Assembly: GCF_052425735.1 (NCBI RefSeq)
Contig: NC_135763.1
Location: 17,438,298-17,502,297 of the forward strand
Length of the DNA: 64,000 nt
Reading direction: 5' to 3'
DNA from: Oculina patagonica
Lineage: Eukaryota
The number at the start of each line of letters is the position of its first letter. Position 1 is the stretch's first letter. Of this stretch, positions 36,819 through 47,879 are shown in pieces. The notes beneath the pieces are model-generated. The model saw only the letters and a list, made by a program, of their open reading frames with translations. It had not been told where the DNA came from and did no database searches. A program made the position numbers and the translations under genes.

Positions 36819-37132
36819 CGTGGTGGGTTAGGACATTTTTACTGGATTATTATTTGACATGAACCTCGGATACCACTAACATCAACAATGTCGAAAGTAA
36901 ACTCGGTGAATGAAAATAAAAAAGACAATTTCTGTTTTCATGAATTAACTGCACTGTTCATACTGTTCTAAAAGTGAAGAGTTTGCCAGCAATGTTGTTA
37001 CGCTGATACAGTTTTGTTCAGTTAAACATATTTGCATTGAATCATAGACACAGCATACACTGGACTCTCAAGAAATGTTAGCATCCTCTTGAATGTTACG
37101 TTTTTAATCTGTTTCAAAAAATTTCTTTGTAG

Positions 37133-37271
37133 CAAGTGGTACCTGTCCTTGTTTCTCTGAAGACAGCGAGTTTGTATCAGTGTTTGTGGAGACAGGAGTT
37201 GACGTGTGGCACCTCAAGTCAGGACTTGATCCTCATGGATCAGACAGGAGCCTACTCATGGGAGCACATAG
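37133..37271 (+). CDS. NWD-like exon 27
   Basis: Acceptor TTTGTAG at 37132, donor GTAAGA at 37272. Confidence 0.7.
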
Positions 37272-37522
37272 GTAAGATTTAGGAATGACCTTCGTTTGAT
37301 TATTTTTGTTACCCTTTTTTATATCACGCATGTGATTTATTTGACTTATTAATACTCTCTGACTGCCTGACTGTCTGACTGACGCGGGACCAAGCGACCA
37401 AGCGACCGAGCGACTGAGCGACCGACTGACTTATCGACCGGCTGACTTAACGACCGAATTTAAAATTGATCAAGTGATTGATGAATTTATGTTTGATCGA
37501 TTGATTTGTCATTGCAAAACAG

Positions 37523-37751
37523 AACTCTCACCTTACTTACTGTCCGTCACCTCTTCACCAAGTTTACATCTGATGGCCTGTACTGCTGCTTACACACCGA
37601 AAGTGAACCTAATACAGTCCGACTGTACCTTGCTGTCAACAAATACTCTCTAGAAAGATGGGCACATTATGCGCTCAAAGACCCGCCTCCAAGTGACTTA
37701 AATGATCAGGAACCCTTTGAGCAAAGATTTTCAGTTGACGAGGGGAATAAG
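37523..37751 (+). CDS. NWD-like exon 28
   Basis: Acceptor AAACAG at 37522, donor GTAATA at 37752. It matches ORF 37506 in frame. Confidence 0.7.
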
Positions 37752-37914
37752 GTAATAGAGATTCTTAACCAATTTACTGGTAAAGACATATGCAAACATT
37801 CATTAAATTCACGTTGACAATGAGACCATACAACAGGGAAGAAAAACAATTTTGCTGGACAAGTATTTGTCAAGTATTTTTGCCTGACGATGTTTCTTTA
37901 TCATAACGAAAAAA

Positions 37915-38522
37915 GAGGGTCCCTTAGAGGTGGCTGGTAACGGTTTCCAGCACTTTCCAGCTCTTATATTTGACGGGTCAGTACTACAAATCTTAACCAG
38001 TTGATGCTACAATAATGGTATAAAATTAATGCCCAATGATTGTAAATATTTGTGATTATTTTCATGACGTCATTGTCTATAGCAAGTATACCGTAAACAC
38101 CCTAATTGGAATGCTTATACTCAAAAACGAGCTCGATGACCCCATTTTATTATTGAACATTGACAGCATGAAGATACAATTTGCAAAGTTAAAAAAATTT
38201 ACGAACCGTTTCAGAGCCACCTTAAATTTTCAATTTTTTAAGGTGGCCGAAACTTCGTAGAATTTTTTAACTGCAAAAATTCTTACATGCTAATCAATTT
38301 CAATAATAAAAAATGGGGTATCGAGCTTTTGAGTTATAACATAAACGAAATTAGGTTTAGTATGTTGCTATAGTAACCAGTGACGTCATGAAAATAATCA
38401 CAACATATTCACCAATATTGGGATAATATACATATGTAGCAAATGATAAAGATTTGTATTACTGACCCGTCAAAGTAAGAGTGGAAAGTGCTGGAAACCG
38501 TTACCAGCCACCTTAAGTAGGC
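37915..38522. mobile_element. foldback element: ~240-300-bp inverted arms forming a 600-bp hairpin with a central mini-palindrome CCACCTTAAATTTTCAATTTTTTAAGGTGG
   Basis: 37915-37985 (GAGGGTCCCTTAGAGGTGGCTGGTAACGGTTTCCAGCACTTTCCAGCTC…GACGGGTCAGT) is the reverse complement of 38458-38522. GTGATTATTTTCATGACGTCATTG at 38050-38075 is the reverse complement of 38375-38400. The right arm is contiguous with TIR copy 1 of the large element. Confidence 0.8.
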
Positions 38523-39135
38523 TTTCTCCAAAAATCGACTAATATCGCCTTTCGGCGGCACAAATTGAAAAAATAGATTTCGCTCGTATTTTGCCCATAG
38601 ATAGGCCCTAGTGAGAAACTAAACGGACTGCAGTTAGTTTTTCCTAATACAGCTTCCTTTCGTAGAAATATGCAAAAAAAGATTTTGCCCCAAATTGGGC
38701 GCAAAATCAACTTCCGGTTTGACTGATTTTATTGAAAGTTTGATCGTCTCGTGCGTTATACTGCAGCTGTTTATTGATATTTCAATAATATTTATAATGT
38801 CTTTAGGTATTTAGTGTATGACTGAGCGAAAAATAAAACAAATCGAGATTTATTTTTAGCCTGAAACGGGGATAAATCCAAAGGCAAAATTTGCAAATGA
38901 GTAGCAAGCGAAATTATGCAGTAAAACTCTGCCATTTTTTTCTATGTGCGATAACCTAAAATATCGTAAAAACAATTTTTATGGGTTAACTAGACATTTA
39001 TCTAATAAGATACTCAAAAAAATCTCTGGGGAAAAGGTTTTTAGTGGCCCACTTTGGCCTTTGTTTATCACTAGTTTTGCCGTAAATCAGAAAAAATGTA
39101 AACAATTGCGTGACACTGCTTGTCACAATACCCGC
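38460..39135. repeat. long inverted-repeat copy 1 (~650 bp), the left terminus of the composite element
   Basis: About 85% identical to the reverse complement of 46041-46712. For example, TTTGCCCATAGATAGGCCCTAGTGAGAAACTAAACGGACTGCAGTTAGTTTTTCCTAATAC matches GTATTAGGAAAAACTAACTACGGTCCGTTTAGTTTCTCACCAGGACCTATCTATGGGCAAAAT, and GGTTTTTAGTGGCCCACTTTGGCC matches GGCCCGCTTTGGTCTG…. Confidence 0.8.
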
Positions 39136-40124
39136 TGACAGTTTCACAATTTCCTGTATTTTAAATAATCTAATCATTTTAAAATACACGAAAAGGATAG
39201 ATGCCAAATGCCAAATGTAAATGGAAAAGAAACTTTTACTTGTTTTATATCAATATCGCGAGTGGCTGTGCTGTTAAGTGTTCTTCAGCTGAAATTCAGA
39301 ACCAGGCAAATGTACGTGCTTTGTCTACTTTTCATTAAAGTAATTCAGAAGAATTCAAAAGGGCTTAGTTAAGATTTTTTCCTTCCTATTGCACCACTCA
39401 TGACAGAGTTTGTGACCAGGGCGTTCTGCTACAAGAGAAATGATAATTTTTGTCGCTCCTTTTATACTTCATTTAATAATCCTCAAAAACACTTAATACA
39501 AATGGCAGATTTAATAGCGTAACTAACCAACTTACAATGGTTTCTCACACTTCAATTTGTTACCATTTTTTATGGTGAAATTAACTGTCACTTACAAGGA
39601 TATGAAATTATTATAAAAGGATCTGCTAGCAGTTCAAATCTTTTGGCTAGATAGAGAATTCACAGCATTTAGCTTTGGCACGGAATCAACTATGAAAGGT
39701 AACATGGAATAGCACACAATATTCCGGGAATATTGGAAACAAAGTATGCCTTTCTAGGCATACATTTATAGATGTCCCTTCTTTCACTCCTTTCGTTCAT
39801 GCATGATCATTGTAGGGATATTTTTAGATCTAGTAATATTTCTGTTCTAGTATAGACCACTGAAAATTGCCAAGTATTTTCAACTCTACTTTCACCTAAA
39901 ATCAGTGCCAACTAGACTCAAATGCTTACCTCCCATCCTGCTGTCCACATAAAGCGGTTTCAGTTCCATAAGGAAATCAACATTGTTTTAAAATTTACAA
40001 ATTCGTAGGTGGGATTATTGCAACGAGCCTGTGGCATATCAGTGGCCGGGAAGGACGGGGGGTGTTTTAAAGGGCTTACAGAGCGGAGTTTTAAAATATT
40101 GCGAAAACCTACGTGTATGTAAAG

Positions 40125-40215
40125 CACGAACTTTGCTGGTTTTCACTTGAAGCAGGTACCAGACTTCATTACCCCTTGAAGCTTATCGATGTAAGGTTTC
40201 TTTTGGGTCAAGTTA
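40125..40215 (-). repeat. duplicated fragment of the 3' end of the transposase-like ORF (encodes TQKKPYIDKLQGVMKSGTCFK*), ~650 bp downstream of the real stop
   Basis: 40130-40215 is ~80% identical to 40795-40870, in the same orientation. Confidence 0.75.
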
Positions 40216-40789
40216 TCATGATCATAACATGGGAAGCACCAATATCGCTAGATATTGCCAATTAGTATTTCATATTAAAAACACATTATATTTGTAGACA
40301 TGTTACCTCGCTGTTGATAAAGCGGAGAAAAATAGCTTTTTTAGCAGTACCTACTAGACTCCACATACCATCCCTCTTATAGGAAGGGAAAGGCCCACCT
40401 TCTTCACCGCTTCTTTGGCGTCCCCTTTGTTCCCCTTTTGCTGTCTACACATAGCGTTTTCTGTCGCATTTGGGTGATATTTCATTGTGAAAGCCCCCCC
40501 CCCCCCCCTAACGCTCTAAGCCTGTTTTAAGCAGGGCTTAGCTTGAAAGTTTGCACTTTTTAAACAAGGCTGGAGCCGGGTGGGGTCAAGGCAACCAGAT
40601 TGTGGAAGATAAAATATCTGAAAGGAGTATGGAGCAGGGTGCTAATAGTTTTAACTATTTTAAAAATACCGAGAAAGCTTCTACTTAATACTTAATACTG
40701 TTACAAAATGATCTTCTTTAAATGATGAGATAACGCATTTGTCAATACTTTAACATTGGACGGAGAAAATGCGGCTTCTTTGTAGGCTT

Positions 40790-43534
40790 TCACTTGTAGC
40801 AGGTACAAGATTTCACCACCTCTTGAAGCTTATCGATGTAAGGCTTCTTGCGGGTTATCGTGACATTTGAAACATCAATGCCTAGAAAGATGCAGATGTC
40901 GCGCAAAACGGTAACACGAAAAGTAGCTGCAAGTTTGCCACTGGAGGCAAGCTCGCAGATGTTATAAGTGTCATGCATAATGGGATGCTGAAGAGCTACT
41001 AAATTGGACACATCTCTGCGCATCTCACTTAACGCTTCTTCATGGCGCGCACAGATCTCTTCTTCCTCGTCTTCCTCGGTCACAACATCAACATTTCGTT
41101 TGGCAGCCAGTCTGGAAAAAAAGCCCCGGATTTGCTGCGTTGTCAGGAATTCGCTGAATGTGAACAGACGATTGCCATTGGAATCTTTGGCAGTCCTCAT
41201 TTCTTTGGACACAGTGGCCGGGTCAAGCTTTCTTCCTGTTTTTTGCCCTATCTCAAATTTCTTTATGAGGTAATCTTTTTGATTGGAATTGAATCTTTTC
41301 CCAACAAAGGAACTCTTGAGCGCCCAGCCCATGGACATAGGAGGATTCTGAACATCACAACTGCTATCTTTTCCGAGGCACGCCACGTCGCCTAGTTCCT
41401 CGACTTTGGATCCACCCTTTTCAAGCTCATAGGCATACCTTAGCATTGCTCTGTCCAGAAGTGTCTCCTGTTCCAAAGCACGTTTGTGCTTTCCACATTG
41501 AAGGTGTTGCTCAAGACTGGAGTACCTTTGATATGTCATGATGCAACCTTCTTCAGGACAAGAAAACAATCCAGAATTGGCGTTTCCCTCGTCGCTGGCA
41601 CTTCCGTCATCATCGCCGTCAGACGAGGTAACTTCTGCAGGGCATTTAACCTTCCGAGGTTTCAAATCGACAAATGGCAAATGAGTGCTCCTTTCACGAT
41701 CAGTTCCGATATCGACAATCAAGTGACGTTCGCCATCGCTATCAGTCACCTGGAATTTGCTCCAAGGAATTAATTTTCCCGGGCCAATTCCGTATGCCCT
41801 TCACACCCTCAAACAATCGCTTTCATACTGGATGTTGTTAACAAAACTAACACCTTCCCATCTGACGGCTTTCTGCGTTTGCAACTGAGGCGTTTCTACC
41901 TCAATGTCATTGCCTTCATTGAGGTAGATTTGCATGTGGGATTTAATGGTCGCCGCTTTTCGGTCACATGCTCCCTTGCCACCTTGTGGATCCGAAAAAT
42001 CCATTCTCTTCAAGGTAACACCGGCTTTATCTGCTACCACTTTAGCACCAACAATGGTCGAAACACAGTGATAGCACCCCGCGTTGTCCTGTCTGTAGAA
42101 TACTGATTCAAGGTTTGGCATACCAATCTTTAACTTTGTGAGAACATCCGCCATTATGTCAAGCACTGAGTGACTGTCCTGGTTGCAAGCTTGAAAAATG
42201 TGCACGAATGCCATCGTCTCGATTTGTCGGTTTGGTCGCTGCCTTAGTGCCACTGTGATGTGCCAAGGTATCCCTCGCTTGGCAAACCAGTCGCTTTGAC
42301 TTTCTCTATACTTTCTGGGAAGGAACTTCATGGCCCAATCTTGGACCAAGAAAACAGAATTTTCCTCTAACATTTCCATTACATCGACTCTGGCCTCATC
42401 TTGGTTAACTGCACGAAGAAGGTGAGCTTTCCAGGCACTGATGCTACGCCTTGCTTGTTCAGTGTTAAAGGTCAACTCGTCCATTTCTTCGCTTTCTGTT
42501 GCAATTAGCTTAAGGGCGTCTTCTATTTCTCCAATGCTCACCTCCACCAGGCTGCAACGATCACACACCCCATCATGGATATGACTACATTCTCCCTGGT
42601 ATTCGGAGCATTTGGCATCACTGAGCGCAAAACATCTACAATGGTCTGGGACAGTCGACGACTCAGAAACATGTACCTTAAAAAATCAAAGAGGATCGTA
42701 TGAGAAATTACGCTTTAAAAACAAGCACGTGTTAGTCTCAAAGCTGTTACCATGTTTCAAGGGTTATTTGTTGTCCTTACCGTGAAGTCACTTTTCAGGT
42801 AACGCTTGGCCAATTTCAGTTGCTCCTTTCTTTGTTTCGCCCAGGACATACCCATTCCAAGCTCTCCCAGTCGCTCAGCCACAATTTCAAGTTCCTCAAA
42901 CGCTTTCGCGCCAGAAGCAGTGATGTAGTCCAGACCTTGTAAGGATTTCCTCACGGAGGCAGAACAGACGTCAAGAATTCGAAGCAAAGAGCTTCGGCTC
43001 AAGCAGGTTATGCCTGACTCCTTGCAGTACTCTTGATATTCTGTGCTATACGTTCTGGAATCATCACGTCCTGATAACATTGGGTACTGCGATCACTTCA
43101 CCGGAACTCAAAGTAAGGTTTTTCTGTCCAAATGGTAAATCTTGAATGATGTGCTGACTGGTTATGAAACAAATGAAGTGGTCAACCATTTCCGGGGAAA
43201 CGTACATTCTCTTCTGGATAGGTTTAGGAACAGGAGAGCCTCTACCATGGATCAGCAGGTGCTGTCTGGCAGAATCGATACTGTGCGAGGTTTGAATCCA
43301 CCCAACCAGATAGACATTGCGACTGTATCCCACTGGGTAGCATTTGTAGCATTCGCTAAGACAGTAAAAAGATGACTTTTTTGTTTCTGAGGATGTTGAG
43401 GGAAAATGCTGATTTATTGCCTTTGAAGAGACCAGTTTGTCCCACAATTTATCAGAATCTTCGCCAGCTATAACTTCCAATGAGGCGGCTACAGCCTCAC
43501 TCGCCTTCTTTACATAGTAACGTTTGTTCTTTCG
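40790..43534 (-). pseudogene. putative DDE/D transposase-like gene (unknown superfamily). At least 2 exons are joined by a GTAAGG…TTTTTTAAG intron (42677-42780), and the frame is interrupted by an in-frame TGA (41798-41800) and a frameshift near 43064-43080
   Basis: Blocks on the complement strand: 43534-43064 (KK/R-rich NLS-like start RRRKNKRYYVKK…); 43080-42781 (…KSLQGLDYITASGAKAFEEL…AKRYLKSDFT|GTAAGG); 42676-41801 (VHVSESSTVPDHCRCFALSDAKCSEYQGECSHIHDGVCDRC…LVQDWAMKF…VFYRQDNAGCYHC…MDFSDPQGGKGACD…ESDCLRV*); 41797-40790 (…CPEEGCIMTYQRYSSLEQHLQCGKH… ending RKKPYIDKLQEVVKSCTCYK*). Confidence 0.5.
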
Positions 43535-43904
43535 CCGACGTCACCAGGGTGTCTAAAGAAGTCGAATAGGATTAGTCTCTGGCGCAAATTACAGATGACC
43601 TTCGACAGGAGTTTTTTGGCAGGTGCACAAGACGGAGAGGCATAGACCCGGGGTATCGGTTAAAAATGCTGACCTCGCCTCTGTAACTGGGGTACTCGTG
43701 AATGACTTTGTCTGTTACTGTACTGATTTCCTAAAAAACGCAATGGCAGATAATTTAAATAAATCCACTTTACTATTTTACGCCCCTAAGCGCAATGCCG
43801 CGTACAACTACATGAAGACCAATAAAAACCTATGAATCAACCGGAATGGCGGGGGATGAACCTCTTTATTCGAATGGCCAACGATTCGTCATTTGCGATA
43901 TATT

Positions 43905-43985
43905 GTCAGTGATCAATGTTCACTGGAGCCATCAGTCAATCAGTCAGATCCATCAGTCAATCAATCAATCAAGCAAGCAAACGAT
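43905..43985. repeat. (CAATCAGT/CAAT/CAAG)n microsatellite inside the element
   Basis: Read directly. Confidence 0.85.
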
Positions 43986-46040
43986 CAGTCAGTAGGTCAA
44001 ACATATCATCATTAATACGCTTCACCTGTCACTGCCATCAAGTGTTGCTGGGGAAGTAAGTGAGAGGGAGAATAGACTAAGTGATGAAGTAAGTGATGAC
44101 CACTATAAAAAATTTAAATTTTACATTTCCCGTAGATTAACTCTCGTTTTACTGGACACGCTCGGGGCGTCGTTCAGTGCTCAGTATTTCCGTATATCAG
44201 TGTCCGCAATAGCGGGGTGTCCGTAAGGCGAGGGTTGACTGTAGATCATAACAAGGGGGCGAATTAAAAACAAATCTTTCATGTAAACAGGCTCTTAACA
44301 TGCTCTAATCTTAATCGTGAATTTTTTTTTTTTTTGTTTACACCATTACTCCTTTAATTTAAACTTTTAAGGATAAGGAAGCCCTAGGTTTTTTGGGTCT
44401 TGATTGTGTCCCCCATCCGATCATCCCCGTCACTCGAAATCCCAAATATCCCCTCCCCCCACCCCCAAGAGGTGGTCATGCCTTTATATATATTTTCTCA
44501 TTTTGTCCGAAATAAATAAATTTTCACTTGCTTAAAACGGCATGGATTTCTTTTAAGTAAAGGCTTATCATTGTCACATTTTTCTTACCCTGAATGTCAA
44601 CTCTTTCATTTGACTCACAACTTCTTCTTCCTTGTTATTATGTCGACAAGTGGAGGCGAGTTCTTTGCTGCTAATTTTGACAACAGTTCTCTTTTTGGAC
44701 GCTGAACTCAAAATTTCCCTGCATGATCTGCACATACCTTATGCAAACAGAAGGAAAACTATCAGACGTTTTTGAAATGCCTGTATAAGACAAGAAGCGA
44801 TAACCCGAGTGAGAAGTCGATATCTACCTGATCCAACGGGAACCAAATGTCCCGTTCTTATAGAATTAACTTCGAGAAGTCTTTTTACCCCTCTTTCGGC
44901 TTTTGGATATTTTCCTCTCACCATTTTATTAGAATTATCTTGAGGACCCTACATCTTTCGGTTCCTCTTGTCCAGCCGAGACCAAGGGAGAGCGAGTGAT
45001 GGGCAAACAGTCATCACCGAATTTTGTGGAGTGTTAAACATCGCCGCACGAGCAAGTATTAACTCAATTTCACTTTCCACAAGGAATAAAAGAGTTGTGC
45101 TACATTTTTAGTGCACGATAAAAGTGGGACGATCTCCGTAGACTGCTTTCTGTCTCTGCGATCAAAGGAGCACTGACCACCAACTAATGACTTAAAAGAA
45201 CAACAAGCATTCATCTTGTTCGAAGAGTCGTGTTTACTGAAGTGAGGAATTTCGGATAAGGACGTGTTTTCAAACTTAGATAATTTAATTTAACAATTTC
45301 TTATCGCAAGTAAAATCGATTTAGGACTGATCCAAATATTGCGTTGAATTCTGGCGCTAATCATATTCGAAGTTTCAGTTCATTGAAATGTACTATTCGG
45401 GCTAAAAAACGTAGAACTCTGAATATAACTTAAAAAACTATAAGGCAATTGTATTTTTCTGTTAGATCTTATACCATAAAGGTGTTTATAGTCCTCAGTA
45501 ATACCTTCAGTGTTGATACCTGTTAGTAAATAATTCTAACCAACATTTTTTTTGCTTTATATTTTGCTTCGCTTATAGGATAATAATTGGGAAAATATCG
45601 GCAATCTGATACAAAAAGAAACAACAACGCATTAACGAACAAAATCAACATCATTGCACTCCGGCGGCAAATACTTATAATTTAATTATTTGCTAGTTCC
45701 CTTCAGGGTCCTTCAGATCACGTAAAGAAATAAACCAAACAACATTGACTCATTGTTACGTTTTATAATTGAACTGAGAATGCTTTTTATTTATACGACC
45801 GGTTTTTGAAAATGATCGAGGGGTTAACAGCTTAAAACTACTAACACAGAATTTCGCTAGCTTAAACCTTACCGACGAGCCGTCTAGCATGTTGTGATAA
45901 AGAGCGTGTTAAGATCACGCAATTATTTCAAAACGGGTAAAGGGAAAATCTATTATTGCTTTTACCTTTTCAAAGAGTTTAGCACATGACCGTTTCTATA
46001 CTTGGGTTGTTTGAAAGTATTTGTTTCAAAAAGATAATTT

Positions 46041-46712
46041 CCCTCGCGCTTTACTAGCCTTGTCACGTAATTCCTGTCACGCTAAAACGGCAGATTTTCG
46101 GCGAAATTAGTAATAAGTACAGACCAAAGCGGGCCACTTAAAACCTTTTTCCCAGAGATTTTTAAGATATCCTATCAGATGGGTGTCTCTTTAACCCATA
46201 AAATGTATATTCACGTTATTTTAAGTTATCGCACATAGAAAAAAATGGCAAAGTTTTACTGCATAATTTCGCTCGCGACCCAATTGCAAATTTTGCCTAT
46301 CATTTTATCCCCATTTCAGGCTCAAAATTAATCTCGAATTGTTTTATTTTTCGCTCAGTCATACAATGAAGACCTAAAGAGAATATAAATACTATTGAAA
46401 GATCCATAAACAGCGGCAGTAAAATGCGCGAGGCGATCAAATTTTCAAAAAAATCAGTCAAACCGGAAGTGGATTTTGAGCCCAATTGGGGCGAAATCTT
46501 TTTTGACATATTTCTACGAAAGAAAAATGTATTAGGAAAAACTAACTACGGTCCGTTTAGTTTCTCACCAGGACCTATCTATGGGCAAAATATTAGCGAA
46601 AACGTGCATTCCATTTGTGCTGCTGTCTGGTTGATAATTCTAGGAAGTCGCACTTAATACCGTAAAATTTGAAAAATACTCCTACCCTCTCAAAAGTAAG
46701 CCCCAGACCTAA
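46041..46712. repeat. long inverted-repeat copy 2 (~650 bp), the right terminus, ending ~110 bp before the NWD terminal-exon acceptor
   Basis: See copy 1. Confidence 0.8.
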
Positions 46713-46820
46713 AGTATTTTAAAAGCCGCACAAATATCTCAGACGCAAAAGCTCTTTCAGCAATAACCTTCTGCTTAATCCAGTATTCAATCCGCGTTTT
46801 TTTTGTATCTCTGCCAACAG

Positions 46821-47420
46821 ATCACAGAGGCAGCTATATCAAGCACTTGCGGTAGACTTGTGGCAATAAGTGTACCAAGACAAAACAGCAGTCAGGAATG
46901 GATGAAGGGACCCGCCGACATACACATGTGGGATCTTAACAACCACACAGACTGGAAAGTCCAGTTGACTTTGCATTCCTCTATAAGTCGTCAGCTGAAA
47001 GTTGGTTGTGACTATCTGGCGACGTTTGTTCAATATCGTAAAAATGTTTCTGATGCTAAGAGAATTAAAAGCGGTATGCGAAGAAGGGGCTCAAACGTTG
47101 CTTACTCTGTTGTCGATGAAGCAGTCATCCAGCTCATTGATAAGCAGGGATCGACGCTTCAGACTTTTCAAATTCCTGGCAAGTTTTCTGGTGTGAGTGT
47201 GGTTAATAGTGAATCCACTTTGAGAAGCATTTCGGAAGGACTGTTGGTTTATAGTCTTCAGGAAGGCGTCGTGAAGCTACAGAACGTCAAATCTAACAAA
47301 GTGTTAGGAACCTTTACCGTAAACAACACGGAGATAACAGCTGTGAACATTGCATCAAATGGGAAATCTGCCGTTGTAGGCTGTGCAAATGGTAATGTGC
47401 ACATCATTCAGATGATTTGA
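46821..47420 (+). CDS. NWD-like terminal exon (…ADIHMWDLNNHTDW…TAVNIASNGKSAVVGCANGNVHIIQMI*, WD40)
   Basis: Acceptor CTGCCAACAG at 46820, phase 0, stop TGA at 47418-47420. A 9-kb intron containing the composite transposon precedes it. Confidence 0.75.
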   Translation: MTEAAISSTCGRLVAISVPRQNSSQEWMKGPADIHMWDLNNHTDWKVQLTLHSSISRQLKVGCDYLATFVQYRKNVSDAKRIKSGMRRRGSNVAYSVVDEAVIQLIDKQGSTLQTFQIPGKFSGVSVVNSESTLRSISEGLLVYSLQEGVVKLQNVKSNKVLGTFTVNNTEITAVNIASNGKSAVVGCANGNVHIIQMI

Positions 47421-47879
47421 AGTAGTGCTGGTTGGGAGTAATTTAAACGTCCTGTTGAACTATTTCATTCGACTACATTGTAACACACCAAGAGGGCAAC
47501 GCGTTGCGCATGCATGCACTTAATTATAGGTGTGGGCATTTCTCTAATTGAAGTGATTTCAGTGAGTTTTCTTGGACTTGACTTTCAATCAAAGTGACTA
47601 AAATGCGACGTATAAATTCGTTCTTAGACCATCGCGGAGTGCAGTAAGATTTAAGCAAATAATTTAACGTGACTATCAGTATATAAGATTTCAAAAGTGT
47701 TCGAAGTCTATTCATTTCTATTCTTTGTGAACTCTATAACCTAGACACATTTAATAAGTAAAGACCAGCAAAAATTCTCCCACTTCGCCAGAAGGAACGT
47801 TTTAAATGAAGTGTCTTATTTCGCGTTACGTAAGTTTTAGCAGAGAATTCATACATCTAAACTAACTTATCTGTATATT

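Larger units (their letters stand above)
38460..46712 (-). mobile_element. ~8.2-kb candidate DNA transposon bounded by ~650-bp terminal inverted repeats and carrying a multi-exon transposase-like gene; inserted antisense in the last intron of the NWD-like gene
   Basis: The two inverted ~650-bp copies bracket 39136-46040. The only substantial coding potential inside is the minus-strand ORF series 43534-40790. No TSD could be assigned because the termini are fuzzy. Confidence 0.55.
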
